Shown here one piece after another: positions 35,495 to 46,720 of a stretch of 64,000 nt of DNA. The notes below the pieces were generated by a model that was not told where the DNA came from, made no database searches, and was given only the letters and a program-made list of their open reading frames with translations. The DNA lies in NCBI GenBank assembly GCA_014905635.1, contig CM026547.1, positions 4,464,001-4,528,000 on the forward strand, in the 5' to 3' direction. Source of the stretch: Scenedesmus sp. PABB004 (Eukaryota). Every line of letters begins with the position of its first letter. Positions within the stretch are counted from its first letter, which is position 1. The translations under genes were made by a program, and so were the position numbers.

Positions 35495-35582
35495 GCGCAA
35501 GGGTGTGCGCGCGCCTGTGGCCTGGCGCGTGGTCGCGGGTTGCAACGGCTTCGACGCCCCGCCGCCGGCGCTGCCAGCCCGA

Positions 35583-35965
35583 TCATAGCTTGGCCGCGGC
35601 CAGCTCCTCCGCCGCTGCAGCCGCGGCCGCCCCCGCGCCGCCGCCGCCGGTCGTCGCCGCCGCCGCGCCGACGCCGGGCGCGCCGCGCGCGCGCGCCGCC
35701 GCGGCGGCCGCCGCGCCCGGGTGCACCTCGCAGCCGCGCTTGTATTCGTTTGTGTCGCCAATCACCGACACGCGCTCGCCCGGCGCGACTGCAGACGCGG
35801 CGTATGCCAGCAGGTCCCCGGCAGCCGCCGGGCACGCGCCGGCGGCGGCCGCGGGCGCAGGCGCCGGCGCCGCCCCGGCCGCGCAGGCGCCCGCCGCCTC
35901 CGCGGGCGGCGCCGCGGGGCAGGCGCCGCCCTCCTGGCCGCCGCCCTCCTGGCCGTCGCCGCCCG

Positions 35966-36015
<50 letters not shown>

Positions 36016-39000
36016 GCCTGCAGCTCGTTGGCGCCGCGGACCAGCACCATCACCTTGCGCCGCGCCGCGCCGCGGCCGAGCACCTCGCGCGCGAACGCGG
36101 CGAGCTCGGGCCGCGTGAGCGTCGCCAGCTCCGCCGCCTCGGCCTCCTGCCGGTCAAAGTCACGCGTGCCGGCGTAGATCTCGCCCCACCAGCGCGACGC
36201 GAGCTCGCTCAGGCGCTTCGGCTTCTCACGCTTGGCCTTGCTCAGCTCGGCCACGCCCGCCGCAAACTCGTCCTGCGCCACGGCCGCGCGGCAGGTGCAG
36301 CGCGCGTCGGCGGCGCCACCGGCGGCGGGCGCGGCGGCGGCGGGTGCGGCACGGCGCGCGCGGCGGCGCGGTTGGCGGGCCCGCCGCACCTCTGGCAGCG
36401 CCACGATGCGGTCGACTGTGTGCGCCGCAAAGTCCTCGACCGCGCGCGCGAGGTGCGCAGCGCTGAACTTGTCGCTCTGCAGCACAAAGACGATGTCTGC
36501 GCGGCACCGCGGGCGCCGCAGGCGGCGGCGCGGCGCGGGCTCGGGGCGGTGCCGCCAGCGGCGCGCGTGCGCGGCGGGGAGCGCGGACGCACTCTGCACG
36601 CCCAGGTCGGACGCGCCAAACATGTGGACGATGTAGCCCAGCTGCTGCTGCGGGCGCGGCGCGGGGGCGGCGGCGCGCGGCGCCCCGGCGCGCGTGAGGG
36701 GGCCCGCGGGGCCGCGCGCGGTGCGCGGGCGTCGCGGGCGCCGCGCATCGTCGGCGCACCTGCGTGCGCAGCTTGTGGAAGGCGTCCCGCTTGGACAGCT
36801 GCACCAGCAGGCCCGCGAGCGCGTTGCGGCGCCGGTCGTCGGGCCCAACCTGCGCCCGCGGCGCGGGCGGCGTCAACGCCGGTGCAGGCGGTCAACGCGT
36901 AGCCGCCGCCGCCGCCGCGCCCACCGCCGCCGGCGCCGCCGCTCCGCCCGGCGCCGCGGGGCACTGCTGTGTTGAGAGCACAGCACGCGCACCTGGTACG
37001 CGACCCAGACCGCGCTGTTCTCGTTGTCCGGGTTTGGCCCGTCCTCGACCAGCGCGCTCGTCACGCCCGCGGGCGGCTTGACCATGCGCAAGTCCTTCTC
37101 CTCCCCGGCCAGCGGCGGCGCCGCGCCCCAGCCGGCACGCAGCTTGGCGAGCGCGCCGTCGACGATGCCTGCGCGCGGGGGCGCCGCGCGCGCGGCGGAG
37201 TGTGGGCGGGCGCGCGCCGGCGGGCGGCGGCCGGCGCGCGCGCGCGGGCGCCCGCCGCGGACGAACAAAAACAAGCCCGAGCGCACCGCGCGCGTCGCCG
37301 GGCGAGACGTTGCCGACGGCCAGGCCCTCCACAAACACGCGCGCGAGCAGGCGCGGCGCAAAGGCCTCGAGGTCGGCCGGCGTCAGGCCGGCCACGAGGG
37401 CGGCGTACTGGTCCACGCTCCAGCGACGCAGGTTGGTCAGCAGCTGCGGGCGGCGGCCCGGCGGCGAGTCTCGGTGTCGCGCGTGGGCGCGACCGCGGCT
37501 GCTAGCTGGGACCCGCCCGCGCCCCGCCGCGCCCGCGTCCGCGGCTGCGCGTCCGCCGTCGCGCCGCAGGCCCGTGCGTCGCCGCCGGCCGCACCTCGGC
37601 GCGGTACATGGCCCACTGGTAGGGCTGTTGGAACCGCGTGTTCTCGTACTCCCGCGCCGCCGCCTCGGCCGCGAGCGCAAAGCGGTCGGGCCGGACGGAG
37701 AAGCCCGCCAGCGCCGCGACGACGAGGTCCAGCAGCAGTGGTAGTTTCTCGCTGTAGCCCTGCACGCTCAGCTGCAGGCCCGCGAGGTGGTTGGTCACGC
37801 TGTAGCTCAGCCCCGCGAGCTCGGCGGGGTACGTCACCTGGCGGCGGCGGCGGCGGCGCGGCGCGGCGCGGCGCGGCGGCGGCCCGGCGAGGCGCGCGCG
37901 CGTGAGCGGCCGTTCGGCGGGCGGGCGGCCAGCCTCGGCTCGGCTCGAGCGCTCGGCTCGGCGCTCGGCGCTCGGCGCTCAGAGCTCAGCGCTCGGCGCA
38001 CCTCGTTGAGGTAGTCGCCCAGCAGCTTCACCAGCAGCCGCACGCACACCGCCGCCTCGGGCGACGCGTACGCCGCCGGCGTCTGCGTGGTGCGAGGGGG
38101 GCCGGGTGTCGGCGGGCGCGGCGCGGGCGCGGCGCGCCAGTGGCTCCCAGCGCGGCGCGGCCGTCGCGCGCCTGCAGGTCGAGCACGATGGCGGCCTTAG
38201 GGCTCTCGAAGCGCAGGTCGGTGCGGTGCCACACGCGCGCGGCGGGGCCGTCGAGCAGCAGGCCGGGCAGGCCCTCGCGCGGCCCCTCGGCCGGCACGAG
38301 CGCGAGCCGCGACGGCACAAAGGGGTTGGGCGCGGGCAGGTGCAGCGCCGGCAGCGGCGCGCCGTCGCACCACGCCGCCAGCCAGGCGGGCGGCAGGGGC
38401 TGGACGTCGTAGCGGGTGCCGTAGATCGGCTCGCTGAGCAGGGCCGGCGGCGCCAGCCCGGCCAGGCCGGGCGCGGCCGCGGCCCCCGCGCCGGCCGCGG
38501 GCGGCTCCGGCTCGTGGCAGCGGCTCGCCCACGTCACGCGCACCGCCTGCGGCGTGAGGTGATCCAGGAACGACCGGATCGCCGCCGGGTCGTACTCCTG
38601 CGCGCAGACGGCGCAGCACGCGGGCGGGCGGGCGGGGTCGCGCGCGAATGGCGCAGGGCCGCGACCGGCCGGCGCAGCACGGCCCCGGCCCCGTCCCCGC
38701 CGCAGCCACGCGCCGCCGCCCGGTCCCGCGGCCCGCCGCCGCACCAGGGGCACGTGGTATAGCGCGAGGAGCAGCTGCTCGTCGGGGTATACCGCCATGC
38801 CGCCCGCGAGGCTCGTGGTCGCCGCGTACGGCGGGAGCTGGTCCCGCCAGTTGAAGCGGAGCTCCTGCAGGCCCGCCAACTCGGCGTACGTCTGCGGCGG
38901 CGCGCGCGGGCGGGGCGGGGCGCGCGTGGGCACGCGCCGCGGGCCCGCCGCGCGGCGTGCGCGGCGTGGCCGCGGCCCGACCCCCGCCGCGCCGCGCGCG

Positions 39001-40934
39001 CCTGCTCGTTGATGCCGCCGGGCGCGCGCAGGAGGTCGAGGTGCTTCAGCACGTGCTCCGCCACGCGGGCGGGGTCGGCGTTGCCCTCCTCGGTGAGGTC
39101 GACGCGCACGGTGAAGAAGCCCCGCGCGCTCAGCCCGCCGCCGCTCTCGCCCGCGGACAGCGCGCTCGCGAGCCCCGCCGCCTTGAGCGCGGCAAAGGCG
39201 GAGCCGTCGCCCTCGTGGCCGAGCACGTGGGAGAGGTAGTTGGTCGGCGCCGCGCGGAAGTGCGGCTCGCTCGGCGGGATGTCCCACGTGAGATGCAGGC
39301 TGTGCTGCGCCTTGACCGGCACGACGCGCACCAGCAGGCCGCGGTGCTGCGCGGCGGCGGCCGTGGCGGCGGCGGCGGCCGCGGCGGCCGTGGCGGCGGG
39401 GCTCACGCGCGGGCAGCGGCGCGCGGGCAGCGGCGCGCGCCCAGGCGACGGCCCGCGCGCGCGCGCGGCGTGCCCGCGTGCACGCCGCACGTGCGGCTGG
39501 CCGCGGCGGCGGCGCGGCGCACCTCTGGGAGGAGGACGTCGGGCGAGAAGGCCGGCGGCGCGAGGCCCTTGTTCACCACGGGCGCAAACGCGGCGGCCGC
39601 GAGGGCCTGCAGCTCGTCCAGCGGCTGCCGGCCGTAGACCGCGGCAGTCATCACGTTGGCGCTGCGCGGCGCCGTGCGGGCGGGCGGGCAAGCTCGGGCG
39701 CGCGCGGCGGCACGCGCGCACGCCGCGCTGCGAGGACGGGCCGCGTCCGCGCCGCGCCGCGCCGCGCTGCCGCGCACCTGTAGTGCCGCGCGTGGAACGC
39801 GGCGACCGCGTCGCGCACGTCGATGCCGGCGGCCGTGGGCGCGGTGAGCAGAGTCTCCAGGTTGCCTGTGAAGAAGCGGGACCAGGGGTGGTCCTGGTTG
39901 GACGTCGCCTTGGCGAGCTGGTGCAGGCGCCACGCGTCGACGGCCACGTTCTTGCCGTGCTCGCTGTCCACCGCCTTGACCTCGCGCTCCACGCCGTCGG
40001 CGCTGATGAGCGGCGCGATGAAAAACTGGGCGAAGCGGTCGAGCGCCTCCGGCAGCGCGTCCCAGTTGACGTCAAACTGCGGACGCGGCAGACGCGGCGG
40101 CGGCGCCCGGGCCTCGGCGGCCGGGCCTTCCTCCTTCCTGCCTCTCCGCACTCCACCCTCCTCTCCGCCCTCACGCCAAACCTCCCGCCCCTGTGCGTGC
40201 GCCGCCCACCGACCTGATAGTTGGTGTCCTCTGCGCTCGTGAACGCGTTGGTGTGGCCGCCGTGGTCCGAGATGAACTTGCTGTACTCGTCCTCCGCCGG
40301 GTACTTTTCGCTGCTGTAAAACAGCATGTGCTCGCAGAAGTGCGCCAGGCCGGGGAGCTCCGGCGGGTCGCTCATGCTGCCGACGCGCACCTGCGCGGGC
40401 GCGCGCAGCGGCGGCGGCGCGGCGCTTCGGGCGCGGCGGCGGCACACGCACGCAGCGTGCGCGCGCGCCCGCACGTTGAGCGCGGCCGCGGCCTTCTCGG
40501 TCTCGGGGTCGCTGATGAGCAACACGCGCAGGCGATTGGGCAGCGTGATGGTGCGATACTCTGATCGTCGCGCCGCGGAGGCGGAAGCGTGAGGCGGGCG
40601 GGCGGCAGCAGCGGCTGCCGCCGCCAGCGGCCGCCGCAGCGCATGCGCGGCGCGCGCGCCCGCGCGGCGGCGCTGGGCGGGGCGCCCGGGTGGTGGTGGC
40701 GCGTGGGCAAGGCGTGGGTAAGGCCCGCGACTGCGGCCCCTCACCCTCCTTCGCGCAGCGCGGCAGCACCAGCTGCGGGCCGACGACCAGCGGCGCGTCC
40801 GCCGCCGCCGCCGGCTCGGTGTGCGGCGCGGCGCCCATGGGTGCCGCTTGGCCAGGCGCGAGGGGCGCGGTCAGCAGCGGCAGCAGCAGGAGCGGGAGCA
40901 GCGGCGACGGCGGCGGCGGCCGCGCGGCGCGCAT
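35583..40934 (-). CDS. Insulin-degrading-enzyme-like M16A metallopeptidase (PXM16-like) with C-terminal PTS1; start 40934 or 40838
   Basis: [29 protein letters not shown] (HxxEH), [39 protein letters not shown]; ends -AKL*. Confidence 0.92.
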
Positions 40935-41394
40935 GCACGAACGCCGAGGTGGCGGCGCCGATCGGACGCGGCAGCGGCGTGGGCGAGAGATCGTGGCGGC
41001 GCCGGCGGCATCGGCTGCGAGGCGGCGCGCGGCGGGACGCGCGGCCGGGACGCACACCGCTGCACCCCGGCGGTCCAGCGCCGCTGGAGCAGGGCCGCGC
41101 CTTGCCCGTACGTGGAGAGTCTCGCAGCGTGGCAGTGGAGTCGCAGCGACGGGCTCGCCGCGGCTGCCGCTCGCAGGCCCGCCGCCAGCGCAGCGCGCAC
41201 GCTTGGCGGTCGAGTCCGAGCCCGCCAGCGCGCCACGCGCTGTGTCATCCCTCCTGTTTCGACGCGCGCCCGGGACGCCTCGCGCCCCGCCTGGGGCCGG
41301 TTGCGCCGACGCCGGGGCGCGCTGCTCGTCGGCGGAGCCTGCAGCAGCGCCCGGGCCCCTCCGCTTTCGGAGCTGCTGCCTGAGCGACGGCGAC

Positions 41395-41985
41395 ATGTCA
41401 CGGCGGGCGCTGCCGGCCCTGGCGCGCGCGCTGGCCGCCGCGAGCGCGCGCGGCGCGGCGCCGCCAGCGGCGGCGCGCGCCCTGTTCGCACAGGCGCCCG
41501 CGCCGCCGCGCGCGCGCGCGGCCTCCTGCAGCAGGCTCCGGCCTGGGGGCGCGTGCCGGCGAGCTGCGGGCGCGGCGCGCTCGCTGGAGGCGCCGGCGCC
41601 GCCGCGCCGCGCCGCAGCCTGGCGGGCGGCGCGGCGGGCAGCGTGGCGGGCGGCAGCGGCGCGGCGGGCAGCGGCGACGCGGCGGGCGGCATCGTGTCGT
41701 TCCCGCTGGCGCAGACCGGGGAGGGCATCTCCGAGTGCGAGCTCGTGCAGTGGCACGTCAAGGCGCGCGGCGCGGCGGGCGGTTGGGGCGGTTGGCGCTC
41801 GCGCCGCAGCACGGCGCGCTGCCCCGCCGCGGCGCCCACGGCCCCGGCGGCGCACAGTCGTGAGCGTGAGCGCTTGGACCCGGCTGCGCGGCCGCCCCCG
41901 CCGCAGGAGGGCGACGAGGTGGAGGAGTTCCAGGCGCTTTGTGAGGTGCAGAGCGACAAGGCAGCGATCGAGATCACCAGCAGGT

Positions 41986-42016
<31 letters not shown>

Positions 42017-43723
42017 GCGCCCCATCCCAGCGCGGCGCGTCGCGCACCGCCGCCCCTGCAACGCTGCCGCTCGCGCCGCGCCGCGGGGCGGCAGGTATGC
42101 GGGCACCGTCGTGCGCCTGCACGCCGCGTGCGGCGAGATGGTGCAGGTCGGCGCGCCGCTCGTCGACATTCGCACCGACGCGGCGCCGGCCGGCGAGGCG
42201 CAGCCGGGCGCTGCCGCGGGCGCGGACACCGCCGACAGCGGCAGCGACACCGACGCCGCCGGCGGCGGCGGCGCGGCACACCCGGTAGGGCCGCACCCGC
42301 TCGCCACGCCCGCGGTGCGCCGGCTCGCGCGCGAGCTGGGCGTGGAGCTCGGCCGCGTGCGCGGCAGCGGCCCGGACGGCCGCGTGCTGCGCGAGGACGT
42401 GGAGCGCTTCAAGTCGGGCCTGGAGAGCAGCATCGCTGACAGCCTCGTCGACCGCATCGCCGAGCGCTCCGGCTCCGACTCGGTGGCACAGCTCTGCGCG
42501 GCGGCAGCAACGGCGGAGGAGGAGGCCGCCGCCGGCGCGGCCGCGCTCGCCGAGGCCGAGGCGGCGGCGGCCGGCGGCGGCGGCGGCGCTGGCGCCGGCG
42601 GCGAGTGCGGCGGCGGCGGCGGCGGTGCCGCCGCGACGGCGGCCGGCGCCTCGGCGGCCGCGGCCGCGGTCACGCGCGTCCCGCTGCGTGGCTACCGTCG
42701 GTGGGCGGCCGGCGCGCGCGCGGTCTCACCCGCGCGCGGCCCGGCGCGGCTTCCTCTGCGCTCGCGCGCTCGCTCCCGCGCCGCCGACGCGCCGCCGACG
42801 CGCCGCCGCGCGTGCCGCCGCCGCGTGTGCAGGGCCATGGTGCGCAGCGCCGTCGAGGCGGGGCGCGTGCCGACGTTCCACTACCTGGACGAGCTGCCGG
42901 TCGACCGCCTGCTCGCGGCGCGCGCGCTGCTGCGCGAGCACCCCGCGCTGCGCGGCGCCAACCTCACGCTGCTGCCCTTCATCATCAAGGCCCTCAGCCT
43001 CGCGCTCGCGGCGCACCCGGGGCTCAACGTGAGCCTCGAGCCCGGCGGCGGCGCGCTGCTGCAGCGCGGCAGCCACAACGTCGGCGTGGCCATGGCCACG
43101 AGCGCCGGGCTGGTCGTCCCAAACATCAAGCAGGCACGGCGCGGCAGCCGGGGCGCGGGCCCGAGGTCGCGGGGCGCCGGGCCGCAGGCCGCGCCGCGCG
43201 ACGCGCCGCCGCGCCGTGGCGCGCGCCGCCGGCCGCGGCCTGCGGCGCCGCAGGTCGAGTGCCTGAGCATTCCCGAGGTCGCGGCGCAGCTCGCGCACCT
43301 GCAGCAGCTCGCGGCGGCGGGCAAGCTGGGCGCGGAGGACGTGAGCCACGGCAGCCTCACGATCAGCAACATCGGCGCGCTCGGCGGCACCTGGGCCGCG
43401 CCGCTGCTCAACCCGCCCGAGGCGGCCATCGTGGCGCTGGGCCGCGTGGCGGCGCTCCCGCGTTACGACGCCGCGGGGCGCCTGTCGCGGCAGAACGTGC
43501 TGCCGCTGTCGTGGGGCGGCGACCACCGCGTGCTCGACGGCGCGGCGCTCGCAGGTCGTGCGCCAGCGCCGCCGGCGCCGGTCTGGCGGCCGCAGGTTTT
43601 AGGCCCCTCAAGCGCTGACCGCCGCCACCGCCGCCACCGCCACCGCGCCCGCGCGCAGAGTTCAGCAACACGGTCAAGGCGCTGCTTGTCGAGCCGGAGC
43701 GCATGCTCATGTATCTGCGCTGA
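41395..43723 (+). CDS. DBT: Branched-chain 2-oxoacid dehydrogenase E2 (lipoamide acyltransferase), mitochondrial
   Basis: Presequence MSRRALPALARAL; lipoyl domain FPLAQTGEGISECEL..CEVQSDKAAIEITSR; subunit-binding domain ATPAVRRLARE..GSGPDGRVLREDV; catalytic DHRVLDG. Confidence 0.93.
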
Positions 43724-44300
43724 GCGGCCCACGCGCGGGCAGCGGAGGGAGCGTGTAGGGTACCTAGACGGCCGCGCGGCGGCGGCGCGGTCTGCGGCGC
43801 GCGCGCTGGCGGCGCAATTGCAGCCTGTTGGCGGTTTTGGCGGCCGGTTTTGCGGCTTGCGTGCGGCGGCATGTACCGCCAGGCTTTTCGTGGCGCGCGC
43901 GCGAGGGGGCTGCGGCGGCGGTGCGGAGCGGGGGGTCGACTGCGGGCCGCCGGAGAGAGTGACGCGGGGCAGAGGTTACGTCATGGACGCGGCCGGCTGG
44001 GCGGGCCGCGCGGGCGGCGCAACAGCGCAGCAACGCGAGTTCGGCGCGCCCCCCGACAACGCAACAGCGAGCAGCAGCAGCACGTTGAGGGCGGCAGCAG
44101 GTGAAAACCAACGCGCGAGCCTTGTGGTACATTGGATGCGGGGGCCCGAAAACCACAAAACGGCAGCGCACCAGGCTCTGCACCGGGCGCGCGTCAGCGG
44201 CAGCATCGGCCGCCACGCGCGGGCCGCATCCAGGCGCCTGTCATTGGAGCGTCTGCGGCGTCTCTCTACAAAAAAGGCAGCAAACAATGGCAGGAGACAG

Positions 44301-45845
44301 TCATCCGGCGTGCACCCGCCCGCGCGGCGCGCAAGCAGCAGCGGCGGCGCTCGCCGCCGCGCACGCGGCGCCGGCCCCGTGGGCGCACGCATGCGCGGCG
44401 TCCCCTGCACTCGCAACACCGCCTAGGCGCGGCGCCAGGCGCCGCAAGAGACCCAAGCCCCCACCGCTCGGCCGGCCCCAGGCCGGGCGCGCCGCGGCGC
44501 CGCGACCGGAGCCCGCGGCCTGGTGACCGCACGACCGAGCCCGTCCCCTCGCCAGCCCTCGCGGAACGCTCACACCAGCCGACGCCTGCACGCCACGCGC
44601 GGCTCACACCTGCAGCGCAGCCGCCGCCTGGCGCGCGGCGAGCGAGGCGGCCTTGCCGGCGGCCAGGGAGGCCAGCACGCGCGCGCGGCCCCACCACGAG
44701 AGAGACTCCCAGTCGGCGCGCTGCTGCTGCAGCCGCGCGAGCACCGCCTCCTGCCACCAGTCGGGCGCGTCAAACGCGGGAGCCTCCACCTCCTGCTCGC
44801 CCTCGCCGCCGTCCGCCTGGCTGCCCGGCGGCGCCTGCCGGGCGGCGCCGCGGCTGTGCTGCTGCTGCGGCTGGTCCGGTCCGGCGCCGCCCACCCCCGC
44901 CGCCGCCGCGCCCGCGGCGGCCGCCTGGTGGGCCTCGAGCCACGCTGCGACGCGGTCCCAGGGGCACCAGTCCAGGTCGTCCTGCAGCTCCTCCAGCGCC
45001 GCGAGCAGCGAGGCCTGCAGCGCCGCCTGGCTGCCCTCGGCGTCCAGGGACCCGCCCGCGCCCAGCGACGCGCAGCTGCTGCTCGCGGGCGGGCTCGCCG
45101 CGCCCGCGCCGGCCGCCTCAGCCTGCCGGCGCGCGGCGCGGCGGCGGCGGTGGCGCGCCCGCGCCTCCGCCTCGGCCTCGCCCCACGGCTGCGCCGCCGC
45201 CGGTTCGGCCGGCGCCGCGCCGCCGCCGAGGCTGCGCGGCTGCGTGCCCGCGCTGCACACGCTGTCGGCCGCCGCCGCCACGGCCGACAGCGGCACGCAG
45301 TCGGTGAAGTGCCGTATGTGCACCGCCCACGCGCTCGCGGCGGCGACCGACGCGTCGTCGTCGCCGTCGCCGCCGCCGTCGCCGCTGCTGGCGCCGCTGC
45401 TGCTCGCGTCGCTGCTGCTGCGCGGCGCGTGCCGGCTGCTGCCGGCGCGCCTGCTGCCGGACGAGCTCGCGCGCTGCGGCTGCGCCTGCGGCGGCGGCTC
45501 CGCCTCGCCCGCCAGCACCGGCGGCGGCGCGGCCGTCGTCGCGCTCAGCGCGAGCGCGCTGTCCAGCAGCTCCAGCACGGCGCAGTGCATGCTCCCGCTG
45601 CTGCCGCACGCCGCGAGGCCGCGCGCGGCGTCCTGCTCCTCCTGCGCCCGCGCCGCCGCCGCCGCAGCGGCGGCCGCCGCGCGGCGCAGCTCCTGCTCGT
45701 GCTCCGACGCGGCCTCGGGGATGCTCGTCAGGCGGGGGAGGAAGAAGCTTCCCCGCGCGTACCCCGGCGACCCCACCACCGGCAGGGGCATCGGCGGCGC
45801 CGCGAGCGCGAGGCCGCCGCCGCGCTCGCCGTCGTAAAAGTCCAT
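44301..45845 (-). CDS. Hypothetical protein; main exon 45845-~44610, last exon uncertain
   Basis: ATG-initiated 413-aa ORF with coding-like composition (FFLPRLTSIPE; LDWCPWDRVAAWL; PDWWQEAVL); CAG|GTGTGAG donor at its end. Confidence 0.6.
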
Positions 45846-46720
45846 CGCGCTCCGCGCCGCGCCGCCGCCGCCGGGGGCGCGCGCCTGCCGGCGCCGGTCG
45901 CCGCCGGCCGGGCCCGCCGCCTCACGAGGGCAGCCGGCGCTCGCTCATGCGCCTGCCCGTCACCTGCGACACGCGGGCGGCGGGGCCGCGCGGGCGTGGA
46001 GCGCGCGGTGTCGGGCGACATGGCGAGCGTTTCGTTGCGCCGGCCCCGCAGGCTCGCGCCGGCTGCGGCCCGGCTCTGGCCGCCAGCGGCCCCGACGGTG
46101 GCGGTGCGAGCAGCCGCAGCCCGCCTGGCGCGCCCGCGCCGCGCGCAGAGCGGGCTGCGGCCCCGGCTCGCTGCCCGGGCGCCGCGCCCGCCCGCGCTCG
46201 CGCGGCGCGCCCGAGGCCCCGCGACACGATTGAGAGCGCGCCCCTCACCGCCGGTGGGGGCGCGGCTGCGGCGCTCTCGATGTTGGAGGTCCCGCTGCTG
46301 CCCGGCCTGCGCGGCGCGGCTGGCGTGCGCTGCGCGTCGCGTGCGATGCCGGCGGCAGTGTGGGCCACTGTCGCGCAGCAGATCGTGCTCGGGCACTGCG
46401 GCCGAGGTTCCGGCCTTCGTGAACCCGGCGAGCTAGAGTGCCATTTTTCGGCGAGCGCCGGTGTGGGCATTCGGCGACCGCCCCCCCCCCCCCCACACAC
46501 ACACATCGCCAGCGGGCGGGTCGTCGCCGCGGGTCGCCGCGCCGCGCCCGCCGCCGCGGCCGCGCCCGCCGCTTCGGCCCGCGCGCCGGCTCGCCAAAGT
46601 GCACGCACAGCGCGGAGCGCCGGAGGCTCAGACTGCAGCGCCTCGCAGCAGCGCCTGGCGCGTCGAGGCCCCTGCCGGGCGGCGGCCGCCCGGCCGCTGC
46701 CGCTGCTGCGCGCCGCGGCG

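Noticed and set aside
45947..46720. Possible extra gene or N-terminal extension upstream of the HIRAN gene
   Set aside because: No recognisable motif or consistent splice structure in any frame.
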